Program-made: the position numbers and the translations under genes | Shown: positions 36,255 through 45,266 of the stretch, one piece after another | Layout: each line of letters opens with the position of its first letter | Position numbering within the stretch: position 1 is the first letter of the stretch | Notes under the pieces: model-generated | What the model was told of the DNA's origin: nothing | What the model saw: only the letters and a program-made list of their open reading frames with translations | The model's database searches: none | Virus record (IMG/VR): IMGVR_UViG_3300032294_001558 | From: a virus | DNA length: 64,000 nucleotides | Strand: one strand, 5' to 3'

Positions 36255-36506
36255 TTAGTCAGGCTCGATCCAGTAGGCGCCCCCTATTTTGACACCGATA
36301 CCTTTGACTTTTACATTTTCCCCCGCTACGTCCAAGAAACGTATAGCGTCCTGCAACCACAAAGGCAGCAGGTCTAGGCGGTAAGATCCTTGTGTTTGTG
36401 CGATAGCTTGTGGTAAGCGGGGGTAGATGGTCAATCGGTACAAACCCGTATAGCACGTAACACAATACGTTGTTTCTGGATTGCGTGGATCGTCTATGGT
36501 GTGCAT
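36255..36506 (-). CDS. hypothetical protein (83 aa)
   Basis: Abuts the upstream gene with no gap. Confidence 0.5.
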   Translation of the reverse strand: MHTIDDPRNPETTYCVTCYTGLYRLTIYPRLPQAIAQTQGSYRLDLLPLWLQDAIRFLDVAGENVKVKGIGVKIGGAYWIEPD

Positions 36507-36785
36507 TTATGCCTTCTCTTTTTCTGCGCGTTCCCTCTCTTCCAACATTTTTTGATTTTGCAGCGCTTGGTGGAAGTGGGCAGGCCCGATGGCGCGCAGG
36601 GTGGGCATGTCTTCGATATTTAGAAGTTTCGCATACCCTTTATCTCCCCCTTCTTCCCACCTAGTATCGTAGGTGTATACGTCTTGTCCTTGACACGCTT
36701 CAAAGATCGCGAGTGCTGCTTTTTTAGGCATGACGATGTTTCTGTACCCAAAACTAATGATGATTAAATCGAAGTTTTTATCCAT
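36507..36785 (-). CDS. hypothetical protein (92 aa)
   Basis: Co-oriented ORF. Confidence 0.5.
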   Translation of the reverse strand: MDKNFDLIIISFGYRNIVMPKKAALAIFEACQGQDVYTYDTRWEEGGDKGYAKLLNIEDMPTLRAIGPAHFHQALQNQKMLEERERAEKEKA

Positions 36786-36830
36786 GTTTGTTCCTTACAG
36801 TTTGTGTGTTGACACCCGATCCCGAAAACT

Positions 36831-37058
36831 CTAGAAATGCGGTGGGGGGCGTGATAGGTAATCACCGCTGCCGTTGCCGTAGCCGTCGCCATAGCCGTTG
36901 CCGTTGCCGTAGCTGTTGCCGTAGTAGCCGGAGCCGTCGCCGTAGCCGTCGCCGCTGCCGTCGCCGTAGCCGTAGCCGTAGCCGTCGCCGTAGCCGTCGC
37001 CGGAGCCACACATCACTGCTCCGGCTGTGTACCACATGAAAAACGATACGTCAGACAA
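36831..37058 (-). CDS. Gly/Tyr/Asp-rich (Gly-X)n repeat protein, paralog 1 (75 aa)
   Basis: TTG start 4 nt after AGGAGG. N-terminal MSDVSFFMWYTAGAVM, then a GYGDGYG core, then a C-terminal ..PPPHF before the stop. Confidence 0.6.
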   Translation of the reverse strand: MSDVSFFMWYTAGAVMCGSGDGYGDGYGYGYGDGSGDGYGDGSGYYGNSYGNGNGYGDGYGNGSGDYLSRPPPHF

Positions 37059-37066
37059 TGCGCCTC

Positions 37067-37447
37067 CTAGAAATGCAATAGGGCATCCGACTCAAAATCG
37101 CCGTCGCCGTAGCCGTAGCCGTCGCCGGAGCCATAGCCGTCGCCGTAGACGTCGGCGTAGCCGTTGCCGCCGCCGTAGACGTCGGCGTAGCCGTTGCCGT
37201 AGCCGTCGCCGTCGCCGTCGCCGTAGCCGTAGCCGTGGCCGTAGCCGTTGCCGTAGCCGTGGCCGTAGCCGTCGCCGTCGCCGTCGCCGTAGCCGTAGCC
37301 GTGGCCGTAGCCGTTGCCGTAGCCGTGGCCGTAGCCGTCGCCGTAGCCGACGCCGTTGCCGTAGCCGGAGCCGGCGCCGTCGCCGTAGCCGGAGCCAAAC
37401 ATCACTGCTCCGGCTGTGTACCACATGAAAAATGATACGTCAGACAA
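37067..37447 (-). CDS. Gly/Tyr/Asp/His-rich (Gly-X)n repeat protein, paralog 2 (126 aa)
   Basis: TTG at 37447 after GGAGGTACA. Same N-terminal box. Tail GDFESDALLHF. Contains a perfect 2x66-bp duplication. The 195-aa ORF-track form is an upstream read-through. Confidence 0.6.
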   Translation of the reverse strand: MSDVSFFMWYTAGAVMFGSGYGDGAGSGYGNGVGYGDGYGHGYGNGYGHGYGYGDGDGDGYGHGYGNGYGHGYGYGDGDGDGYGNGYADVYGGGNGYADVYGDGYGSGDGYGYGDGDFESDALLHF

Positions 37448-37484
37448 TGTACCTCCTAAATCCGCAATATCTCCTGCGGAGTTA

Positions 37485-38693
37485 CTACGCCGGTACATAG
37501 AGAGACACCCCGCAAGGGGCAGTAATACCTTTAGTGCTGATGCACCACAGCACCGGGGCGTTCCATTCGCCCCAGTTTTTGCCCACATAGCCGTCAGTAA
37601 AGTGGATGATGCAGTCGGGCTTAATACCTTTAGCAGCGAGGTAACGAGAGACACTGGTCGGGTCCGTACCGCCGCCGCCCTTGGGCTTAGTCACATCTGC
37701 GATAGACGTAACAGCATCGCCTTCGTATACCTCATGAGCGGCTACTGTCGTGTCCCAGTAAATCACATCGACGATCTCGGGCTTGACCGTCTCGCAGGCA
37801 CTGACGATCTCGGTCATAGCACGCCGGAGTTGTGCTTCGCCGATTGACCCACTAGTGTCGCAGGTAACTACAACGCGCTTCATCGTTTCACTGATCCTGC
37901 TCGGCATGTACGCATCCTGCGCCATCCACCTACGCGACGGTTTGCGCCACGTTGACATATCGCTACCAGCAGCATGCGTGCGGTAAAAATCTTTCAGTTG
38001 ATCGCGCCAGTCAACAGTGACTTCCAACAGGTCTTTGATACTACGATCTACGTTAGCACCCATCTTGCCAGCAGCAATAACGGCTTGCCGGATAGCGGTA
38101 TCAACGGCCTTGGCAACTTCCGTCGCTTCCGACGCGCCCAGCGCTTCGCCTGACTTGCGGCTACTGCCATCCCCAGGTGCGGACTTAGCCGGCCGATGCT
38201 CGTCCATTGGTTGGGCTTTGCCGCCGCTAGCGCTGCGTTGCGCTTTCTGTTGTTGTTGTCGTTGCTGTTTCATCCGGCGATAGACCTCACCCGTATCCAT
38301 CCCTTCGTACTGGTAATCGAGGATGGCGTGCGGCCACACCGTCAGCCAGTTGTCCGCCCCCTTGCCAGCGAGCTTATCGAGTTGAAGGTTGATTACCGCA
38401 TCCGCCGCTATGTTGGCGGTATCAGAGTCTTCGTCCCACAGATGCTTCCAAGTGATCATATGGAGGTAGAGCACGTGATAGTACTCGTGCAGCACAACGA
38501 AACGCAGTGTAGCGTCGTCCAGCGTGTCGATGAATTGACGGCCGACGAGTACATCACGGCCGTTAGTAGCCGCGGTGGGGAGTCCATCCGCAACAATACA
38601 GTCGCCGGTCATCATGATACCCGACAAGGCGATGAACCTTGGTTCGCGCATGATCGCAACTCGCGCCCGTAGAAGTCTGTCTTGCTGGTTCAT
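37485..38693 (-). CDS. VWA-domain protein with an N-terminal HExxH metallopeptidase-like domain (DUF2201/CobT-like)
   Basis: VVLHEYYHVLYLH (HExxH). MIDAS motif VTCDTSGS. 402 aa. Partner of the AAA+ gene. Confidence 0.7.
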   Translation of the reverse strand: MNQQDRLLRARVAIMREPRFIALSGIMMTGDCIVADGLPTAATNGRDVLVGRQFIDTLDDATLRFVVLHEYYHVLYLHMITWKHLWDEDSDTANIAADAVINLQLDKLAGKGADNWLTVWPHAILDYQYEGMDTGEVYRRMKQQRQQQQKAQRSASGGKAQPMDEHRPAKSAPGDGSSRKSGEALGASEATEVAKAVDTAIRQAVIAAGKMGANVDRSIKDLLEVTVDWRDQLKDFYRTHAAGSDMSTWRKPSRRWMAQDAYMPSRISETMKRVVVTCDTSGSIGEAQLRRAMTEIVSACETVKPEIVDVIYWDTTVAAHEVYEGDAVTSIADVTKPKGGGGTDPTSVSRYLAAKGIKPDCIIHFTDGYVGKNWGEWNAPVLWCISTKGITAPCGVSLYVPA

Positions 38694-38702
38694 ATCTCGC
38701 TC

Positions 38703-38996
38703 CTAAAAATGCAGTGGGGCATCCGACTCAAAATCGCCGTAGCCGTGGCCGTAGCTGTCGCCATAACCGTCGCCGTAGCCGTCGCCGAGGCCGTTGCCGT
38801 TGCCGTCGCCGTAGCCGTTGCCGTAGCCGTCGCCATAGCCGTTGCCGTTGCCGTAGCTGTTGCCGTAGTAGCCGGAGCCGTAGCCGTAGCCGCGGCCGTT
38901 GCCGTTGCCGTAGCCGTCGCCGTAGCCGTAGCCGTAGCCGGAGCCAAACATCACTGCTCCGGCTGTGTACCACATGAAAAATGATACGTCAGACAA
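38703..38996 (-). CDS. Gly/Tyr/Asp/Asn-rich (Gly-X)n repeat protein, paralog 3 (97 aa)
   Basis: TAGGAGGCGCA precedes the TTG at 38996. Conserved N-terminal box and GDFESDAPLHF tail. Confidence 0.6.
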   Translation of the reverse strand: MSDVSFFMWYTAGAVMFGSGYGYGYGDGYGNGNGRGYGYGSGYYGNSYGNGNGYGDGYGNGYGDGNGNGLGDGYGDGYGDSYGHGYGDFESDAPLHF

Positions 38997-39004
38997 TGCG
39001 CCTC

Positions 39005-39292
39005 CTAGAAATGCAGTGGGGCATTCGACTCAAAATCACCGTAGCCGTCGCCGTAGCCGAGGCCGTAGCCGTCGCCGCTGCCGTCGCCGTAGCCATAGCC
39101 GAAGCCGAAGCTATAGCCGTAGCCGTAGCCGTAGCCGTAGCTAGCGCCGTTGCCGAGGCTGTAGCCATAGCCTTCGCCATAGCTGTTGCCGTCGCCGTAG
39201 CCGTCGCCGTAGCCGTTTCCGTCGCCGTCGCCAAACATCACTGCTCCGGCTGTGTACCACATGAAAAATGATACGTCAGTAGTAGCGCTCAC
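39005..39292 (-). CDS. Gly/Tyr/Asp-rich (Gly-X)n repeat protein, paralog 4 (95 aa)
   Basis: GTG at 39292 (weak RBS; the internal ATG of FFMWY is an alternative). Tail GDFESNAPLHF, with its TAG inside the SD of paralog 3. Confidence 0.55.
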   Translation of the reverse strand: MSATTDVSFFMWYTAGAVMFGDGDGNGYGDGYGDGNSYGEGYGYSLGNGASYGYGYGYGYSFGFGYGYGDGSGDGYGLGYGDGYGDFESNAPLHF

Positions 39293-39299
39293 GACTTTA

Positions 39300-40358
39300 T
39301 CACTTCATCAGCCAGTGCGAGTCCCGGACCCAGTCAGTAAAGCTAGCGTTCAGAACGGCCCACGTCTTATTACGGGTACGAAGCAGTGATGTAGCAAAGA
39401 CACACTGCACTTCTTTCGGTAGCCGCTTAACGTAAATCATCACGTTGTCTAGCGTGTCTTCTTCTGTACGCATGACGGCGCGAAACACCGTCATCATGAT
39501 AGCGGCCGGGTTGTCTGGCACCGGGGCCTTGTCCGGAGTATTGGCAATCAACGCCCAGGCAGGCAGTTTATCGGCCAACTCAACGAACGCCATCAAGTCA
39601 AACGCAGCGCGGGGGCCAATGTTGCCTGCGATGGCAGCCAGTGTGATGTCGGGGTCGTTGATCGAAGCGCGCCGGTCTTCGCGAAGCTCGATGCTCGCAA
39701 GGTACAGCGAGCGGGGCGAAACAAACGAGCGGCGCTTATCGCGGGGGTGGAACCCATACGGGAAATCCTCGGGCTTATCGTAGTCCTTGAAAGTGCCGAA
39801 CAACTTATCCTGTTCTTCCTTGGCCCAGGCCAACATAGCTTCGTGGACTTGGTTACGCAGGCCCCACTCGACCCACTCGTCGGCAGTCGGATTGCGCATC
39901 TCGATGAACGAGACACGATTGCAGGAATGCGCCTGAAACAGATCGCCCACGCCCTCGGCCCCGAGGTTGGTTGCACCGAAGACGATGCTGCCCGGGGGCA
40001 GCGGCACCGCCCCCACCCTGCGTTCAAGCATCACGGGCAGGAGGGCGTTCTGCACTGGGCGGGAAGCCTTGCCGATCTCGTCTAGGTTAATGACCATTGG
40101 CTTTGTGCCGTCGCCAACCAGCAACACATTCGGCAGGAACTCCACGATCCGCCGCTCTTTGTCCACCGAGGGGATCTGCACATCACCTACGTCCCACTGG
40201 GTGCAGTCCACCGTCACCACGTTATACGTGTTGGGGTCAAACAGCTTGGTGATCGAACTCTTGCCCGAACCCATCGGGCCCTCGATGATGTAGGTTTTGT
40301 CGGCACCATTGGTGCGAATGAGCTTGAAAATCTGATTGATGCTGAGTTGCAGTTTCAT
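39300..40358 (-). CDS. MoxR/CobS-like AAA+ ATPase
   Basis: Walker A GPMGSGKSS. Walker B VINLDEIG. 352 aa. Paired with the VWA gene. Confidence 0.75.
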   Translation of the reverse strand: MKLQLSINQIFKLIRTNGADKTYIIEGPMGSGKSSITKLFDPNTYNVVTVDCTQWDVGDVQIPSVDKERRIVEFLPNVLLVGDGTKPMVINLDEIGKASRPVQNALLPVMLERRVGAVPLPPGSIVFGATNLGAEGVGDLFQAHSCNRVSFIEMRNPTADEWVEWGLRNQVHEAMLAWAKEEQDKLFGTFKDYDKPEDFPYGFHPRDKRRSFVSPRSLYLASIELREDRRASINDPDITLAAIAGNIGPRAAFDLMAFVELADKLPAWALIANTPDKAPVPDNPAAIMMTVFRAVMRTEEDTLDNVMIYVKRLPKEVQCVFATSLLRTRNKTWAVLNASFTDWVRDSHWLMK

Positions 40359-40367
40359 GTTTCTCTC

Positions 40368-40645
<278 letters not shown>

Positions 40646-40656
<11 letters not shown>

Positions 40657-40909
40657 GCTTCATCCAAACTCCATTGCAATCGATGAAGTGGCAAAGCCGG
40701 TTTTTCGGAACCATCACGGGCGGGCAGGGGTCCAGTGCAGAGCCTTTCTGCGGGCCCTCGATAGCGAGTTGTCCGAAGCCGTTGGTAGTAGCCGACTTAC
40801 GCACGTTGAGGCAGTTCGTGATCACGTAGTAGTGATCTTCTTCAACGACGCGGCCGACATAGACGAAACCGTTATCCACGACGGCAATCTTGATTCCGAG
40901 GTCTTGCAT
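40646..40909 (-). CDS. hypothetical protein (87 aa)
   Basis: ATG at 40909 (MQDLGIKIAVVDNGF...). The ORF track's longer form starts at 41077. Confidence 0.5.
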
Positions 40910-40961
40910 GATTACTCCTACTAGAGAAAAGAGGGGGCCGTAGCCCCCGGGTTGGGGATTC

Positions 40962-41897
40962 TTACAGTGCGAACTTGTCAATGATATCCTGCATCGCAGT
41001 CTTCGTGCTACGCTGCAACTCGGGGGATTCCTTGAGACTGTCGATATCCACACGGGACAACGCGGTCTCCAAGGCACGTCGCGCTTCCTCCAGGCGCGGA
41101 TCGTTCGTGACGTTCAAGTCACGCAGCAGGCTTGTTAGCTCCAGCCCTTGTTCCAGCATGCTGTCGTACAGCTTGGGGCGGCGCCGCTTCTTGATCTCGA
41201 CAGACACGACGTTGCCCGCGTCATCGAAAGTTTTGTTCTCCTCCACTGCGTCCGGGTCGTATTCCAGCAACGCTGACATTCGCTCTTGGACCCACTCCAC
41301 TTGGGTTTTGATTCGCTGCCACGCGTCCGCGATGGCGCCTGACACCCGTTCCGCGACCATCTTGTCATACTGCGCCCTCATTTGACGCTGTGTTTCTTGG
41401 CCGATATCGACCCGGAAGTCACCCGAAGAAGGCAGCGGTTCGACCACGAACGAGAAGCGGAACTTGGCAGCCACCTCTTCCACGGGCGGGTACTCACTAC
41501 GGTCAAACAGTGCGCCCATCTCGAAGGCTTGCTTACTGATCTCCGTGCTGTATGTATCCAAGAAGACCTGCACCAACTGCCGGACCTGACGCTCATACTT
41601 ACCCACTTGATCAATCACATCGAGATACTGCGCGGTCGTGATAAGTCGCCGGTTGTTGTCGTCCCACGGCAACGTGACACGATTGATCCATTGCCGAACC
41701 TCACCCCGCAGGGACTTGATAGCCTCAAGCGTAGGGCACTCGCTGAACAAGTGTTTCTGCACCGTAGCGGCCTTCTTGCTACGCGCACCCTTGGCGGCGA
41801 TGATCTCGTCTTTCGTCGCCTTGTCCTGCTTCCGTGCTTCCCACACGGACATATTCAGGCTGCAAAGCATGGCAGCAGTCGTGATGTCTACCGTCAC
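40962..41897 (-). CDS. DUF3150-like protein (311 aa)
   Basis: Size and its position upstream of a CobS-like AAA+/VWA pair match the DUF3150 trio as I remember it. No search was run. Confidence 0.4.
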   Translation of the reverse strand: MTVDITTAAMLCSLNMSVWEARKQDKATKDEIIAAKGARSKKAATVQKHLFSECPTLEAIKSLRGEVRQWINRVTLPWDDNNRRLITTAQYLDVIDQVGKYERQVRQLVQVFLDTYSTEISKQAFEMGALFDRSEYPPVEEVAAKFRFSFVVEPLPSSGDFRVDIGQETQRQMRAQYDKMVAERVSGAIADAWQRIKTQVEWVQERMSALLEYDPDAVEENKTFDDAGNVVSVEIKKRRRPKLYDSMLEQGLELTSLLRDLNVTNDPRLEEARRALETALSRVDIDSLKESPELQRSTKTAMQDIIDKFAL

Positions 41898-41923
41898 TTT
41901 CTTTCTCCTAGGTTAACCGCTAG

Positions 41924-42250
41924 TTAACTAGCGTAGTTGATAAAGCATACCTGGCATTCGCCCATCGGGCGAAGCTCTATTGTATCACCATAGTCCACGG
42001 TAATACAGCGCTTTCCTGTCCACCCGGCGATACGCTTTGCACGGCGCACGATGGCGCCACGGGATGCAGCCTGCGGTACTTCCAACGTGTACCGCCGCAC
42101 CCAACAATAGTTCGGCTCCCCGTTGAAGGTGTCAGTAACCTCGATGTTGAACTTGACAATGGGGGAGGTCTTCTGTCGGTTCCCGTCTTTATCAACGTAG
42201 CCGACAGTCGCATTGAACATATCAGACAGAGCCTGCGCAAGCTGCTTCAT
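41924..42250 (-). CDS. hypothetical protein (108 aa)
   Basis: ATGA coupling with the upstream gene. Confidence 0.5.
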   Translation of the reverse strand: MKQLAQALSDMFNATVGYVDKDGNRQKTSPIVKFNIEVTDTFNGEPNYCWVRRYTLEVPQAASRGAIVRRAKRIAGWTGKRCITVDYGDTIELRPMGECQVCFINYAS

Positions 42251-42714
42251 ACGCGCCCCCCTTCTTCAGTGAACTCGTACTCGTTAGCGATAAGGGTCTC
42301 GTCGATGTATTCGTCCGACTGTTGATACTCTCGGTCTTCACGCCAAGCCATGAAGCCTGCATAAAGCGCGTCGTCGAATGCGGCGGATGCATTCCGCTTC
42401 TTCTTGAAGACATCGTAGAAGGTTTCCCAAATGTCGGCATCCAGGTAGTACCCGGTAGGCATATGGTCGCGCTTGAACTCCCTAATCTTGCGCCCGCGGA
42501 AATTCTCCTTCGTTGCGTCGTGCTCATAAGACAGGCTATCGACGTCGTAACCCTTCAACGTGACGCCGAATTCTGAACAGAACGCTTCGATGGATTGTCG
42601 TGCTTCCTCCTGCCACTCGAAATCCGCCACACTGCGCCACCATTCCCGAGCGAGTTCTTTGGCCTTGTCGCTGAGTTCATAGAACTTGAACACCTTAACT
42701 TCGATTGTCCTCAT
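42247..42714 (-). CDS. conserved phage/plasmid acidic protein (155 aa)
   Basis: N-terminal FYELSDKAKELA and C-terminal LIANEYEFTEEG are motifs I recall from plasmid and phage accessory proteins of unknown function. Confidence 0.5.
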   Translation of the reverse strand: MRTIEVKVFKFYELSDKAKELAREWWRSVADFEWQEEARQSIEAFCSEFGVTLKGYDVDSLSYEHDATKENFRGRKIREFKRDHMPTGYYLDADIWETFYDVFKKKRNASAAFDDALYAGFMAWREDREYQQSDEYIDETLIANEYEFTEEGGRV

Positions 42715-42723
42715 ACTAGCTCC

Positions 42724-42930
42724 TTAGCGGTGGAATCCACCCTTGTTGTTAATGCCCTTCAAATCTTCTTTGCTTGTCAGCAATATGTAATTGGACTTGT
42801 GGAGTGGGGCAATGCACCACGAGCGCCGTTCTGCGCGGGCTTCTTCCTCACCGCACAGCAGGCACAAACGTCGCCCAAGGGCGGCACGGGCAGCGGGCAC
42901 AGGCTCGCCGCAGCGGGGGCAGGCGGTCAC
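42724..42930 (-). CDS. TraR/DksA-type C4 zinc-finger protein (68 aa)
   Basis: CPRCG-N17-CLLCG. Confidence 0.5.
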   Translation of the reverse strand: MTACPRCGEPVPAARAALGRRLCLLCGEEEARAERRSWCIAPLHKSNYILLTSKEDLKGINNKGGFHR

Positions 42931-43088
42931 AGCAGTTCCTCCGGAACGTCAACCTCGTCGCCCAGCTTGGACGCGACGAAGCACCGCATAGCTGCGATGA
43001 GTGGTGTGGGGCCGAAGTTGAATCGGTTGGGCCACGGCAGCGCAGCGACCCACCGGGCCTTGATCTCGGGGTTCATCTTGAGTCCCAT
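42927..43088 (-). CDS. hypothetical protein (53 aa)
   Basis: ATG at 43088 preceded by AAGGAGAACTGAA, inside a duplicated 37-bp box. Confidence 0.4.
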   Translation of the reverse strand: MGLKMNPEIKARWVAALPWPNRFNFGPTPLIAAMRCFVASKLGDEVDVPEELL

Positions 43089-43131
43089 TTCAGTTCTCCT
43101 TCGCCTTCTCGGCGGCGCGGTTAGCTTAGCG

Positions 43132-43410
43132 TTATGCCGCTTCCTTGTCGCCAATAGGACGCCCCACGAGTCGCAGCACCTCGTCTTCGCCGTCGCTGTC
43201 TCGCAGCGGGCGCAGGCACGCATCCAGCGGTGGGCGCGGCATTCCGTTGCTCCCAATCAGCACCGGCTCCGTCCGCCAGCGCGGGCCATAACCAAGTGCG
43301 CCCCCACCCTTGGTCAACTTCACGCATCGAACAATCTTGCCTTCGTTCCCTGCGGCGCTACGCACCACAATAGCAAGATCGCCTTGTTTGCAGTTCAGCT
43401 TGCTTCCCAT
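43132..43410 (-). CDS. hypothetical protein (92 aa)
   Basis: ATG at 43410 preceded by the same AAGGAGAACTGAA box. Confidence 0.45.
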   Translation of the reverse strand: MGSKLNCKQGDLAIVVRSAAGNEGKIVRCVKLTKGGGALGYGPRWRTEPVLIGSNGMPRPPLDACLRPLRDSDGEDEVLRLVGRPIGDKEAA

Positions 43411-43411
43411 T

Positions 43412-43651
43412 TCAGTTCTCCTTCGCCTTCTCGGCGGCGCGAGTGAGTCCACCAAGGGCAGCACCCGCACTGCTGGCGCGCAGCACGGTCAGCCTGTCGC
43501 ACAGCGCGGAGGCCAGGGGCACCTCGTCGGGCTGTAGCCGCCCACCCAGCGCCTTCAGCACCAGCAGCGCGTCGTGCTTATCGAGTTCAAACACCCACGT
43601 GGGGCGCATCCAGACCGTGGCCGGCAAGCACTTGTCTTCGGGATTGAACAT
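43412..43651 (-). CDS. hypothetical protein (79 aa)
   Basis: Co-oriented ORF. Confidence 0.45.
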   Translation of the reverse strand: MFNPEDKCLPATVWMRPTWVFELDKHDALLVLKALGGRLQPDEVPLASALCDRLTVLRASSAGAALGGLTRAAEKAKEN

Positions 43652-43688
43652 CTCTTACTCCTTCAGTTGTGGGTCTTGGCCGGCGCTT

Positions 43689-43988
43689 TCACTGCTTCAG
43701 CGCCGCCAGTTCGTCGGCCAGCGTCACGGGTTCGCCGCGCTCAATCATGTCGCGCAGCTTCACGCTGGCGGCGTACCACTTGGGCGGGCACAGATTCAGC
43801 ATGAAATGCGCGTCGGTCAGCGGGCACACCACGCGCCACGCGGCGCGCTCGTTGCTGTCTTCTTCGTACTCCTGAACCAGCAGGGCGGGCCGCTGGTCAT
43901 CGGGGTCCATGCAGCTCACAACCACGTCGCGCACCAAGCGCAGCGATCCCAGCGCGGGGCCTTCGATCAGCGATTCACCAGCGTACAT
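43689..43988 (-). CDS. hypothetical protein (99 aa)
   Basis: Co-oriented ORF. Confidence 0.45.
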   Translation of the reverse strand: MYAGESLIEGPALGSLRLVRDVVVSCMDPDDQRPALLVQEYEEDSNERAAWRVVCPLTDAHFMLNLCPPKWYAASVKLRDMIERGEPVTLADELAALKQ

Positions 43989-43991
43989 TGC

Positions 43992-44255
43992 TTACTCCTT
44001 CCACTTGGGCGTCTTTGCCCACATTGCCCTGAGGCCAAGGGGTGCGGTCTTGATGATCAGCGCCGGTACCGTGGTCGGCTCCGTGCTGAAGCGGTCGTCG
44101 TAGATGAAAGCCTTGGTGTACTGTCCACGCGCAACGCGCAGCACAGCGGCACGCAGCGCGCCATCGATAGTCACGGCGTGGCCGAGTCGGTCACCCGCTG
44201 CACCGGAGTACTCGGTGCGAATGAGGCGCGGTGTGCGCCGGGAAGTGTTGTTCAT
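43992..44255 (-). CDS. hypothetical protein (87 aa)
   Basis: ATG at 44255 (MNNTSRR..) preceded by AAGGAGCTAGAT. The ORF track's longer form starts at 44423. Confidence 0.45.
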   Translation of the reverse strand: MNNTSRRTPRLIRTEYSGAAGDRLGHAVTIDGALRAAVLRVARGQYTKAFIYDDRFSTEPTTVPALIIKTAPLGLRAMWAKTPKWKE

Positions 44256-44257
44256 AT

Positions 44258-44533
44258 CTAGCTCCTTGGTTCCCACACAAAGTTGGTCTGTCGTGTGTCT
44301 CGCGCTTGCGAGTACGAAATGCGGAAGTTGGCACCCAGTGCGCGGAGGATCGCGTTCATATGGGCCGCCGTGGTCGCCGTGTACCAGCCGTACCAGTAAA
44401 ACTGCACGGTGTCGCCCACCCACTTCGCGATGGGCGTGGAGTGCAGCGTGTACACAGTGCCATCCGAGTCCGCGTTATGGCACCTACCAGACGATTTCCG
44501 CGCAAACGCTTCTGCAAGCTGTTGTCTGTTCAT
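44258..44533 (-). CDS. hypothetical protein (91 aa)
   Basis: Co-oriented ORF preceded by TAGGAGTAAGG. Confidence 0.5.
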   Translation of the reverse strand: MNRQQLAEAFARKSSGRCHNADSDGTVYTLHSTPIAKWVGDTVQFYWYGWYTATTAAHMNAILRALGANFRISYSQARDTRQTNFVWEPRS

Positions 44534-44557
44534 CCTTACTCCTAGTGTTCGTTTCGG

Positions 44558-44575
44558 GGTTAACCGCCGGGTAAC
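44558..44575. promoter_or_regulatory. operator-like palindrome GGTTAACCG-C-CGGGTAAC
   Basis: Intergenic (44534-44588). Member of the GTTA(A/C)CCG-N-CGG(G/T)TAAC family. Confidence 0.45.
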
Positions 44576-44588
44576 TCGGGCATTGCGT

Positions 44589-44852
44589 TCAGTAGTACCC
44601 GATCACCTCTCCATCCAGAATGATTTCCTGAATGACTTGGAACGTATACGTGCAGCGCATCTCACCGATGCGCCCGTCGTCGCCGCACCACTCGAAGTGA
44701 CTGAAGTCTTCGCACCCCAAGCACGGGCCCGGGGCGTTGGCGATCTCCCAGCTAGTGATAGCAGAAAGTTCCTCCGGGCTATAGCCCGTCTCGTCGCCGT
44801 TGATGAGGTACGGTGCCCAATGCTCGGGCAGCAAGTAAGTCTGAGTTCTCAT
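44589..44852 (-). CDS. conserved small phage/plasmid protein (87 aa)
   Basis: LLPEHWAPYLINGDETGYSPEE is a motif type I recall from plasmid and phage accessory genes. Confidence 0.5.
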   Translation of the reverse strand: MRTQTYLLPEHWAPYLINGDETGYSPEELSAITSWEIANAPGPCLGCEDFSHFEWCGDDGRIGEMRCTYTFQVIQEIILDGEVIGYY

Positions 44853-45247
44853 ATAACTCTCCGGTTTTCCGCAGCACTGCGCTGCTTACAGGGCTCGTCA
44901 ACATCTGCGGGGGCTGTGCCGCATACGGTCGGAGCACTCTAAGCAGGGGGCGAGTGTTTCCACCCCCTGCGGCCCATAGTCGCGCCGCTATGGGTCGGCT
45001 GTACTATTAAAGGTCAGTACACAACCCGCCATAGGGGATTACCTATGGGCCTTTTGGCACGCTTCGGGCGTGCCCGTCTCGTGGGATTCTTACCCACTGG
45101 AGGACGCGCAGGGACCTTGCATGGACGCGCGATGATGTTCTGTTTCGGTATAGCCCCAGGCAGAGTCGGGTGATTGCCGGCGCATAGCGCCCATCCGAGT
45201 CACCAGTAACTGCCATCATCTATACCACAGGGGGTGCGCTGCGCTTA

Positions 45248-45266
45248 GGTTAACCGGCGGTTAACC
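45248..45266. promoter_or_regulatory. operator-like palindrome GGTTAACCG-G-CGGTTAACC (perfect 9-bp arms)
   Basis: Lies in the non-coding stretch. Same family. Confidence 0.45.

Noticed and set aside
37067-37654. The 195-aa ORF, and the 139-aa ORF at 40237..40656, as full-length genes.
   Set aside because: The 195-aa form reads through the intergenic region and the 3' end of the VWA gene. The family-conserved TTG start with GGAGG lies at 37447. The 139-aa form arises only because of the G8 tract. The family stop is at 40368.
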